DNA from: Bugula neritina
Lineage: Eukaryota; Animalia; Bryozoa
Assembly (NCBI GenBank): GCA_964035545.1
Contig: OZ037771.1
Coordinates: 6,357,190 to 6,421,189, forward strand
Length of the DNA: 64,000 bases
Direction of reading: 5' to 3'
The first letter of the stretch is position 1. Each line of letters starts with the position of its first letter. The position numbers and the translations under genes are program-made. A model generated the notes under the pieces. The model ran no database searches, was not told the DNA's origin, and saw only the letters and a program-made list of their open reading frames with translations. Below are positions 24,957 through 36,526 of this stretch, in pieces.

Positions 24957-27900
24957 CTCACATGAACACACACACACACACACACATGCTCACATGAACA
25001 CACCCAGTCATTTAAAAGGTGTGGTGATTTGAGCCATTGAGCTGTAAAATAGCTTGATTATCAACATAGTATGCAGTTTAATATAAGAAAAATGTCTACG
25101 TGGTGTATAAAATTGACTTTTTTCAAAACCACTTAACTCGCTCCTCTGATGAGGATTTATGCAATAGCATTTATTTGAATTTATCAGGCGACATGGACTA
25201 CCTTGTTTGAAGATGTTGACACTTCTACAACAAAGTCTGTGCTGTTTATGAAAAAGTTGCTAGCTCTTGGCGTTTCTAATATTTTGTTTTGGCGTGGGCT
25301 TTTACCAGAAGCAGCTTTTGGGGAGCGCATGATTGGAGGTACGCTGATTGGTTACAAATGATAACCTTTTGTGAACTTTGAACTTCTATACAAGAGCCAC
25401 TTAAATAAGTTAAGAGTATATTCAGCATTTACTGTAAATATCTCATTTAATTTATTAAGCTTATGTATGTCTAAATATAAGTATAGTCTCAGAATTTCAA
25501 AACCTTATAGGGGAATGGACTATAGTATGCTGTACATTACTATTTTGTTGTGAAGGAGCAGGTAATGTATGTAGTTATAACTTTTATTATGAATTATGCT
25601 AGAGAATGCTTTAAAAATTCTGCGAAGTGAGAAGGATTGCCCAGCAGCTCTCAAGATTATCAGCTGGATAAAAGCCAGTTTTGAATTTATTGCCAAGCGT
25701 TGGTTGAGAAATTTCTATTTGGTGATTCGGGATGAGCAGAACGAAAACACCATAGAAACTTACACTTTCAAGTTTCAATACACTGACAAGGAGGTGGAGA
25801 CTGAAGTCTACAGGTAGTTTTTATGATTTTACAGTACTCTAGTACTATTTATTTACTAACTGTTACTCGTCTATACTCTTCACTATAATATATTACGAAA
25901 TGTAGAAAAGTATTAGGGCTCCCTCCATATCTCACTAAGCTGTGGGTCCTGGAACTTCAATTCATGACAAAGTAGAATACCAGATTTAACTCACGGATCT
26001 GTTAAATTCAGCTATTTTGTCCCTATACACACATATTTAACACAAAACAGGAGTCCAGGCCCTTCTGGTGACCTATGGAATTTTGTGATAAATGGATCCG
26101 TGAGATATGGAGTGAAAACATACATAATCACTTATAATTCCTTATAATGTTCTTTTCTAACATCACCAATGACTCTCGTTAGAAACTCTGTAGTTCAATG
26201 CTTACAGTACGTTGTAATAAAAGTTTCAGTTGAGCTGCTAAATCCAAATTTTTACTTCTATTTCAATCTAAAGAAATAACAAGAAGATCTTGGGGGTAGA
26301 AGGAAAGACAATGGCCATGTTATCAAATATATCAGCTGTGGTGAAACCCCTGGGTGCCGCACCCCTGCCTTGCATGATATCCGTGGACATGGACTTCAAC
26401 CGTTCAACACCAGAACGTAAGTGAATTAGCGTTTCATGATGTACCCTTATACCATATTACAATTTTATAATATACTCTCATATCATGTATATATTACAAT
26501 ATTGTAAACATATACACTTGTGTTTATATAATATTATAATAATATACATTTATATCTCTATTACGGCATTATAATATTAGTATATACTTAGAACATGCCT
26601 ATATTGCAGTAGTATAATAATATACACCGCCATATTATACCAATATATACCAGCATGTCTATATTACCATGATGCGAACTCTATTGCGTGTACATGCAAG
26701 TGTATAGTAGAATAAAGGTAATATACTGATTGTTTAGTGAAAGCATCAGGTGCAACTATCGCTTAAGTTTAATTTAGTGAGCTCATAGCTAGGAAAGTAT
26801 TCATGATGTATATACGCAGCCAAGCTGATCTAGCACAGAGTGTATACATAACAATTATACTCTGTGAATATGTATTGTAGTCGACATCCCCCTAGATGTC
26901 ACTGTTCCAGGGTTCATACCTATACCAGAACTTTCTCACAAGTTTGATGGTAAAAGACTTGCTGTAAACCTTGGAGACATCAATACGGCATATCATGAGT
27001 GTGTAATATATCATGTAGTATATGTGTGTACAGTAATATATTAGTAATATATCATGTCATATATGTGTACAGTAATATATTAGTAATATATCATGTCATA
27101 TGTGTACAGTAATATATTAGTAATATATCATGTCATATGTGTACAGTAATATATTAGTAATAAATCATGTAGTATATATGTGTACAGTAATATATTAGTA
27201 ATATGTCATGTCATATATGTGTTGAGTAATATATTAGTAATATGTTATGTCATATATGTGTTGAGTAACATATTAGTAATATGTCATGTGATATGTGTAC
27301 AGTAATATATTAGTAATATGTCATGTGATATGTGTACAGTAATATATTAGTAATAAATCATGTAGTATATATGTGTACAGTAATATATTAGTAATATGTC
27401 ATGTCATATATGTGTTGAGTAATATATTAGTAATATGTTATGTCATATATGTGTACAGTAATATATTAGTAATATGTCATGTGATATGTGTACAGTAATA
27501 TATTAGTAATATGTCATGTGATATGTGTACAGTAATATATTAGTAATATGTCATGTGATATGTGTGCAGTAATATATTAGTAATATGTCATGTGATATGT
27601 GTGCAGTAATATATCAGTAATCTAACCAGCAGCTTATATATAGCAACCACATGGATTAATTATAGTATGTAGCATGTGTTTACAGTGCAAGTCAGTATGT
27701 AATACTACTAGGTGAATACAAGCGTTCTTATGAATATATAGAACTATTTTGTTTTCATTTTGCTTATAGATTACTAGTTTGAAATATGCATAAACCTAGA
27801 TGCACATTCTTATATTCAAGTATTTGAGCATTTCCCTTTCGGTTGTTAGTATTTCTGTTGCTGCAGGTGTAAACTGCAGGTTAGAACTCTGTCATCTAGA

Positions 27901-30900
27901 ATGAACATAGATAGAGAGAGTCAGAGTCAGCAGGCTACTAATTTCAGCTCTCAAGATGGTCAGCTGGCTGTCAAAGGTCAGGATGAGGTCACAGACCCTC
28001 TGACCAGCACAGCTAATCAGAGACGGCCAATCAGTTCAGAACCGGACGGTGACGCAATTGTAAGTGTCATCTAGTAACTCCTCCTGCATATTTACTCTTG
28101 AGTAAATATAACTAGTCATGTGCTAGTGCTAATGTGCTTTTGTCTGGTATTTTATTTACTTTGCTTTTGTGGTTTTGTAAATTTTGTTTTTCTGAAAAGA
28201 TAGCTTTCAGCAACTTGAAAAAATTGTAACTATAATTTGTCATCAAAGTTGCATATTTTTTCTTAACAGCCTAATTTATTTCAAGTTCAAATTAACTTGT
28301 CTGTAGATTTTGTGATGTCTTAACCAATTGCACATTTATTCAACTATCATGTTTCGGTTAATTGCTACTTTTCTCATGTCAAATGCAATGCTAACTGTTT
28401 GGAAGATAGCATGAGTAATAGAAAGAGTTGTGAAAAACCTAATTTTTTCTCATCCAATGGCTAGTTACACTTTTTACCTTGGATATTGCAACCTCCCATT
28501 CAAGTAATAAAAGCACCAAATTAAGTTCAGCTATACCATGCAATGTCTAGTCGAAATGGCTCCGGTAATAATAAATGCCACAAATGGAAAGGTAGGTAAA
28601 AATGGCACATTTTCAATATTGGGGTGTGAGGGGTTTGGGCTTGGGCAAATCTAACATCAGTGTGCCATTTTTACCTACTTTTCCATTTGTGCCATTATTA
28701 TTTAAAATTGTGCCACGCTCCGGCACTGGTAAAGGGACAGCAACTCCGACATCTCATTACTATAGGAGGAGGGTAATGTGACAAGGAAAAGATTGAGAGC
28801 AGAGCCTGAGGGCTGCGTGTCACAGAATGAAGAAGGGGAAGAAATTGAATCTATGTGTATATGTGAAGTGGCTAATCCAGTAAGTCAAGTTTTTCTATAT
28901 TATACAGTATCAGTATACTATTAGACTATATTCTATAATCTATAGTATCAGTACACTATTAGACTATATTCTATAATCTATAGTATCAGTATACTATTAG
29001 ACTATATTCTATAGTATCAGTATACTATTAGACTATATTCTATAGTATCAGTATACTATTATAGACTATATTCTACAGTATCAGTACACTATCAGACTAT
29101 AATATTATATACAGTATATATGGTGTCACTGTCCACAGGATTTGGAGTGTGTCACATGCATAAAGTGTCGGGAAGCTCACCATCTCATCTGCTATGGATT
29201 CCCTCATTATATGAATACAAGTTTAGATCTCAAATCCATCCTGAAGTATTTCTGCTGCTTTGCTTGTTCTCCAGTAAGTGCTTCACAGAGGACTGCTTCT
29301 TACTCCTTCCTTACTCTGTACTTGCTCTTCATGCATAATACTTACTCCTTACAATTAATACTTACTTTACACTTATTACTTACTTTTTACTGTGTGCTTA
29401 CTCTTCACTCAATACTTACCTCTAACTCTACACTTATTACTTACTCCTCAGTCCTTACACTTACTCCTTGCACCAAATACTTACTCCTTACACTGAATAC
29501 TTACTTCTTACACCAAATACTCACTCTTTACACTGAATACTTCTTACACCAAATACTTACTCTTTACACTGAATACTCCTTACACCAAATAGTCACTCTT
29601 TGCACCAAATACCTACTTCTTACACCAAATACTTACTCCTTACACTAAATACTTCTTACACCAAATACTTACTCCTTACACTAAATACTTCTTACACCAA
29701 ATACTTACTCCTTACACCGACTACTTCTTTCACTACACTTATAATACTCTTACATATTGTTCTCCCTGGTCTATAGTATCTCCAAGAGCTTCATAACTTC
29801 AGTCACGCCAGCTTCAAGGAGGTGTGTCTCGTGAGACAGGTGCTTGTGTCTCTGGTTGACACTGACTTGGAGCAGTCTCACTCACAAAATATCATTTTGA
29901 AACAAAATATTTCTATTAAAAAGCGCCTGTTGACAGAGAAAATTCTTGTTCAAAAGTAAGTCTAATCCAAATAGTTACATAAGTGTGTTTATAGCAGGGT
30001 GACTACTGTCACCGTAATATTTTCTACAGATATACTGGATTACCTGGGTTACTTTTCAGTGGCTAACAAATTGTTGTTTCTTGAGATGCAATTGGTTGAT
30101 GGAATAAGTAAAATATTGTGTATTTATTTTAAATTTAGACTATGAATAAATTTTATAGCATTTAATGGGGCTTTTTCATATTATGACATGTGATGTTTGC
30201 TATTTTAACTGTATAGTTTGTGTTGAGAAGTTCTGAAGACTAAGGGATAGCTCAGTGTATTGGTTTTTACTTCTTCACTTACCCTGTGAAGATTGTTAAA
30301 TATACCAAACTTTAGTTTCCTGCTCTACAGACTATAATCTTGTCATTGTGGAGATTGCAGTTTCCCCCACAAATTTTCTATATATTTACTATTAGTTCTG
30401 TATATACTGTATTTACTGTATATACTATATGCTATATATATATATATGCTATATATATATATATATAATGCTGCTGTCTACCAGCCACTGCTTATGCTGT
30501 TGCAACTTGCAATGCATATTCACGTAGTGATCACAACTGCTGGTAACAGAACTAGGTTTCACCAGTTGTTATGAAACCCCCTGTAGGAAAGGTAAGGGGT
30601 TACTGCTGAATCCTCAGGGCTATGATAAAGCCGATGAGAAGTATTTCAACTCCATGGAGACTGTGACTAGCTGGGCTAGCACTGCTGCCAGCTCATTGTC
30701 CAACACTCCAGCTTCTGCTGACAGAAAGGTCAGTAACCGTATCTGCTTACAAGTGGGCTTCACTAAATAGCCTATCCAAATCCAGCAATGTATTTAGTAT
30801 CTAATGCTAGAACTGACTCCTACTACTAGTCACATAGCCAAGTCTACTATAATATTTGATGTAGCCATTGCTATGAAGGGACTGTGGAGAATCGCTCAAC

Positions 30901-31672
30901 TTGTGGGGTCTCAAACATGTGCAAATTGACTAGTTTACTGAACAAGCAGTATATCTGTATATAGTTAGGTCATCCTTGATAGATTATACTGCAGACCAGG
31001 GGTGTCCAATCTTTTCAGAGTGAGAGCCACTGAAAAGGAATATTCCAGTGGTGAGGGCCACAGGATCAACACTTTTCAAATTACTTTATTCCAAATTCTT
31101 TCGAATCATTATAAAATAAGTCCCAATAGTTACTGCAGGCTAGATATTTTATAGCATGTATGTAAAAAAGACGTTTAAAAGGTTGTCTTTCATTCTAATT
31201 TATTTATGTGTAAAACATAATTTTGCTCTTATGCCTTTGAGGGCCACGTAAATGTAGCCCTGGGGCCGCCTGTTGGACAGCCCTACTTTAGACATATCAA
31301 TTATTAGTTGGTCAAGTTATTTTGCAGAGAGATCGAAGGTTGAAGAGGAAGTACCCCAAAAGATCTGTGTAAAGAAGCTTGAGGTAAGCAGCATAATAAA
31401 CATGCAATCATTAATTTTTTACCTCCAAGTATCTGATTGAACAAACGATCACTTTATTCAGCTTATAGTCTGAATATTAGAGACAACTCTGACTAGGCTA
31501 ATGTCTCTTGTAACTAAAATAGTGTGTGATACATCATTTTAGTTGCTAGTGTGTAATAGTTATTAGATGGTAAGATTTTGCTCAAGAAATAAACTGAACT
31601 GTTGCTTCCATCATTTGTACTCGTCAACCAGTATTGGAGTTGTGTATCTTTCAGGTGCTCAAGTGTCCATAA
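24641..31672 (+). CDS. HORMAD1: Meiotic HORMA-domain protein (HORMAD1/2, Hop1-like) with PHD finger and winged-helix region
   Basis: Exons 24641-24685, 25188-25338, 25603-25813, 26274-26416, 26881-26998, 27867-28059, 28766-28879, 29139-29273, 29777-29955, 30587-30732 (or -30728), 31328-31383, 31655-31672. SVLFMKKLLALGVSNILFWRGLLPEAAFGER...LKILRSEKDCPAALKIISW...ETYTFKFQY...NLGDINTAYH matches the HORMAD HORMA domain. The 3' end depends on donor choice. Confidence 0.88.
24828..25003. repeat. Interrupted (CA)n microsatellite
   Basis: Long CA runs broken by GCTCACATGAA units; HORMAD intron. Confidence 0.97.
25917..26115 (+). mobile_element. Tc1/mariner (pogo/Tigger-like) MITE, copy 2
   Basis: GCTCCCTCCATATCTCAC...GTGAGATATGGAG; colinear with copy 1. 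Confidence 0.8.
27002..27620. repeat. Minisatellite, ~35-37-bp unit (GTACAGTAATATATTAGTAATATGTCATGTGATATGT)
   Basis: Roughly 17 copies, starting a few nt after the donor at 26999. Confidence 0.95.
28567..28702. mobile_element. Short fold-back element with ~42-bp inverted repeats
   Basis: AATAATAAATGCCACAAATGGAAAGGTAGGTAAAAATGGCACA (28567-28609) pairs with TGTGCCATTTTTACCTACTTTTCCATTTGTGCCATTATTATT (28661-28702) around a G-rich spacer. Confidence 0.7.
28902..29117. repeat. Minisatellite, 31-39-bp unit (TATAGTATCAGTATACTATTAGACTATATTC)
   Basis: About 6 copies filling the intron that splits the PHD finger. Confidence 0.9.
29290..29755. repeat. Degenerate minisatellite (CTTACACCAAATACTTACTC-like)
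   Basis: G-poor repeated units filling intron 29274-29776; explains the spurious tail of ORF 29142..29648. Confidence 0.88.
30997..31285 (+). mobile_element. hAT (Charlie-like) MITE, copy 1
   Basis: TIRs CAGGGGTGTCCAA / TTGGACAGCCCTA; 8-bp flanks CTGCAGAC / CTTTAGAC; homologous to 57654-57952. Confidence 0.85.
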
Positions 31673-34600
31673 CTCCTGCCCAGACTACAGAAAACTGACT
31701 TATTCAACTTGAATTTAATTTGTCTTTTGTTTTTGTTACTTGTTATTTTGTTGGTTGTTAATGTTTGTTTACTAAACATTTGTAAAGTTTATGTTGTGGT
31801 TATCTAACTATGAATAAAACTATCTATTTCTTGAGAGGTACTTTTCCAGCTGTTCTCCTGGAATTGTTGAAGAGTCTGATAGCAAAAGCTGGGTTATAAA
31901 TGTTTTACTTCAGAATATCCACATAGCTGATTTAATAACTCTGGGTACAAAGATGAACAATTGTGCAGTGAAGCTTACCAATCGGCAATCATAATTCTGA
32001 CAGTAGTATCAAAAATAATTTTACAATTTTATGAAATTCTATAATTTGTATTTACAATAATATTTTAGTTCATTTTAGTTTTGATGAGATGCTAGCAAAA
32101 GCTATCCCAAGTGGCCTTTTAAATATAAACAGAATAACTTTCTGCCAGAAGGCTATAATGTAAAGGCTCAATAATGATTGAAGTTGTAAAGCTCAACAAT
32201 AAGCTATCTTTCACCTCATTGAAATTAATTACTTGTAAATTTATGTTTTTCAATTTAAGATGTATTTGAAGAGAGGAAGAATTATACTTCCTGTGGAGCA
32301 CGAAAATGTAGGTCATCAATTAGCTATAACATATAATATTGTTCCGGTTTGGCATTTGGAGAGTAAATATTCTATTTTGCAGCCAGATAACTTTTCATAT
32401 TGAAAATATTCACAGTGCGAGAGCAGTTAAAAGATTTGCAGCTCATCTCCACTTACCTCAGTATCTTGCTGCTAAGAAGTTGTTTTACAAGGTTGGATAG
32501 TGGTATACAGCTCAAAGGACATATAACCACACAAGCCACCACATATATGCAATCAAATAACTGTTATCAATTCCAGCTATTGAACTTGTATTATGAAAAT
32601 AATCAACAATAATCTGTATTTTTCTCTGATAGCTAAAGGATGTTTTTACTCTCTACCATTTAATATTTGGGAAATAATGGGTTGGTTTCAGCAGTGTTTG
32701 TAGGTTACTAAGTGACAGGCTTACAAGTGTCTTTGGTGGATTAATTAGGAGAAGATAAAAGGAAGAGATTGTGATGAGAAGTCTGAATAACATCTGGTTA
32801 ACTTTCAACTGATAAGAAAGCTTTGATGTTAGTTTTGTTTGTGCACTTTACAAACAAAGTGTCCTTCCACAATTTCATATTCACTCATGGCTCACATCCA
32901 ACTATTGCAGACAATCTTGATGCCCGTTGCAGTCAGTGCCTATCTACAGAGCCTATACCATTATTAAATTTGAAACTAGAATAGTCTCACTTCAAACTGA
33001 GGTGTCTAGAATATATAGTTAACAACAAGATATACTTGTTCTATAACTCAGCAATGCTAAATGTCTGTTAGACAACTTAATCATGAACCTAAACTTGTCT
33101 ATAACAGATTACTTCCATTTGATCAATGATGAGTTCAACAACTTTAGTTTCTAGAGGACTTTAAACCTAAATAAAAATGCAGCAGATATATTTAATGAAT
33201 TCATTTAGAGTTTCTTTCTGTACTGACCGATGCTGTCGGATCTTTGAATCAAGAAAAGTTGTAGCTTTATGAAATGCCCCTAAGCCAGGGCAAGTCGAAA
33301 GAGAAGTTCATTTATGCATAAAGTATTAAATATTTGTTTTCCAAGTTGGGAGTTTTGGCTAGCTGCTTTATGTGGTGGGCAGATAACTTCTTTTGTTACA
33401 ACTATCTTTTGATTACTACCTTCTCTGTAACAGCTGCTTTACTATGAACCACATACTCCCAGCTATCTAAACATTAGGCCATCCACTCCTAAAATCAGCT
33501 TGAGATTGATGTTTTTTCAATCATCATTTGATTATATTATCATATCCCATTCATCATTATACAGTAAAAATGTTGAGTAGTTACTGATAAACTAAAAATC
33601 TCAATCCAATGATAAAAAACAAGGCCATTGTTGGGCTCAGTATCTTTTACTATAAGTATACCCAACAATAAAGAAAATCAAATCAACTTTTGATTAGCTA
33701 CAATCTGTACTGAAGGTTAGTAGGGAGTCTTAATGGAAACACAAAGGCTCTTTAATTCCTTAACCATGTTGACTGAGATAACTACTATTTACTTCCTGTA
33801 GGCTGTGGACTATATAATTATAGCTTATTTATAATCATAATGGTATCGTAATTCATACATGAATTGTTGCTATATATTCTACATTGAACTAGTTTTGCAT
33901 GCATGTGTCAAAATTCTAAATATAAACTTATCTCCTGCCTTTCGCCCGAAGGCATAACACCTTTTAGAATTAAAGTGTAAAACCCTTTCCTTTGGCTTCA
34001 TCTCACTTGAGAGTCATTGAAGCAATTTTCACCAATAATAATTTTCATAGGGCTTAAACCACTCGCCTAAATAGCTACATGAAAGAGCAACTTTGAAAAC
34101 TGAACTTTTTTTTATATTGTAAGTTGGGCACATGAGACGTAGAGGAATATTTTGTAAGTAGAGAGTTATTTTATATTGGATGCTTTTTGTAACAAGAAGG
34201 AATAGTGTCAATGGAATAAAATCATCATCTCTACAAACTGTACATCTCTGAATCCAACCAAATAAACTTTTCTTTCTATTCAATCAAACTGAATATGCAT
34301 ATTTTTGAAAAGACAGTAAAAGTTAAAAGGTTTTAGGCTTCCAAAATCTGAACTAATAGCATATTTAGTGTTGTAGTATGACAATACTATTATATCTTAT
34401 AATATAATAAAATGTGAAGAAATGTTAAACTATTGTTAATACAACTTTAAAGTACTAATTCAACAGTTGATCTAACTTGTTGATTTATTAATCAGTTGAC
34501 TGATATTACATATAACTGCTGCCATGACAGTGTGATGTTGTCATGAATGGCCTCAACTTATCCTATTACCAGTCCATTAGCGTCTTCTTTCATGCATCAC

Positions 34601-35544
34601 ACATACACTCACAGGTACAGCCTCTGATGAAAGTGGCTCCATCAACCGTGTGACATTCTCTGAATGGTTGGGAAATAGCACTCTTTAGTCACGTTGCCAA
34701 GGACATTTCCGGTTGGAGTATATGCATTATTTTCTGTTGGTGGCTTAGAAGCATAATGGGTTTGTTATGATTGATGAATAGAGGCAGTGTTTTAGCTTCA
34801 GCATTGAATGTTTACAATAATCTTTGTACCGCTACACTACATAGCATGCCTAAATAATGTTTTGATTGCAATTTAATAATATATATACAAGACATGTCAC
34901 CAACTAAAATTTGAATATAGGTGAAATAACAACAGCTATTGAAAATTATAAAGACAGTGTGTGAAGATGCGACTGAATGGGAAGCTCTACAGTATATTAA
35001 ACTTTTGCTCAATTCGAATGTTGCATTATCTCTATACTGTAGTTGGTAACCTAATACTTTTGCTGCCTGGCTCATAGCTGCTGCCTACGCAAACCAATTA
35101 TTTCCAGTATCCGGGGTTCATACATCAGCACCCAAAGCTAGCGCGCTAGCGGATGCAGTATAATTACCACTGCATTAGGTCTATCTTATAGCATTAATTT
35201 TATGATGATGATGTATCGTACTGTTGGCGGTTGCCAGTGCCACAGCCACTAACTGCAGTCTAATTTCATTCATGCGCTAGTTGAAAGCTGAATGTCAGAT
35301 GTTCTCTATAACATCCATAAGGAAGACGGCATATATACTAATTTGTAATGGCTGCAGAAGATTAACTGAAGCTTAATAAACAACCGCACCCATACGCCAT
35401 GCTGGCATAACCATCTATTATTACTCGATATTTCTATACCAAAGAGTGTAATATATACTGTATGCTGCATAAAATACAGGAAAATAATGCGGGAGGAAGT
35501 GGCGTTATCTTATCCATTTTTTTAATAAACTTCTGCATTGATGG

Positions 35545-36062
35545 CTATAAGTCTATACTACTATATAGCTATAAGTCTATCTCTACTATATAGTTATAAA
35601 TATATATATATATATATATCTATTATATCAATGTCTACTATTTTATAGTTATAAATCTATATCTACTGCATAATTATAAATAATATATATCTACTATAAT
35701 ATAGCTATAAGTCTTATATATCTATTATATAGCTATGAGTTTATTTCTAGTTTCTACTACAGTGCTCCCTCCATACCTCACTGATCCATTTCTCCCCTCA
35801 CTCTTGTTTTTGGCTAATGTATGTTTGTAGGGACAAAATGGCTGAAGTCAACTGACCTGCAAGTTAAATTTAGCATTCTACTGTCACAAATTGAGGTTTT
35901 GGGACCCTCAGCTTAGTGAGATATGGAGGAGCACTGGAGATAGATATAAATTTATATCTAATATAGAGTTATAAGTCTATATATCTATTATATAGCTATG
36001 AGTTTATACCTACTATAGAGCTATAAGTTTATATCTACTATATTATAGTTATAAGTCTATAA
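35545..36062. repeat. Degenerate AT-rich tandem repeat (TATAGCTATAAGTCTATATCTAC-like), interrupted by a MITE
   Basis: Same unit on both sides of 35760-35936. Confidence 0.75.
35760..35936 (-). mobile_element. Tc1/mariner (pogo/Tigger-like) MITE, copy 3
   Basis: TA|CAGTGCTCCCTCCATACCTCAC...GTGAGATATGGAGGAGCACTG; the interior is the reverse complement of copies 1 and 2 with a deletion. Confidence 0.85.
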
Positions 36063-36509
36063 ACGTGGAAAAGAAGCTCAGCCAGAAGTGGCTGATGGAT
36101 GAAAGCAACTCCTAGGCTCAGTCAGACAATTCTAGTGAATTCACAATCAACACAACTCAGGGTTTCTCAACACAACCATCTAATCAGGCCAATTTGAAAT
36201 AATTGTAGAGTGGGTCTAAACAATAAACACTTGTGTTGGACTATTTGTAATAGAGATGATATTCGTAGTCACATTAATTAAACAATGGTACAACCCTCCC
36301 CACAAATCACTAGATAATTCTTATGGGTAAAGACAGGGGTCATCGAGTACATTTACTTGATTACTGTTTGTATGGAGATTGCTCGCTAGAATACAGGGGA
36401 TACGGCTTTGTACCCAAACACCTCCTCAAACTCAAGTTTCACACTCTTTAAACCATTTGCAATGTAATTACCTGGACTATGTGAATTGATAATAGTACAG
36501 CCATACGTA

Positions 36510-36526
36510 ACCGGAAGTTGAATGAA
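36510..36526 (+). promoter_or_regulatory. Abutting ETS (ACCGGAAGT) and Capicua (TGAATGAA) consensus sites downstream of Sprouty
   Basis: Sequence ACCGGAAGT-TGAATGAA; both are exact matches to established consensus sites of ERK-regulated factors. Confidence 0.55.

Noticed and set aside
24795-24983. Cys/Val-rich ORF
   Set aside because: Translation of the (CA)n repeat.
29274-29648. C-terminal part of ORF 29142..29648
   Set aside because: Read-through past the GTAAG donor at 29274 into an intronic minisatellite.
33937-33956. GC-rich hairpin TGCCTTTCGCCCGAAGGCA as a terminator or Helitron end
   Set aside because: Isolated, with no CTRR end or second copy, and intrinsic terminators do not apply in this context.
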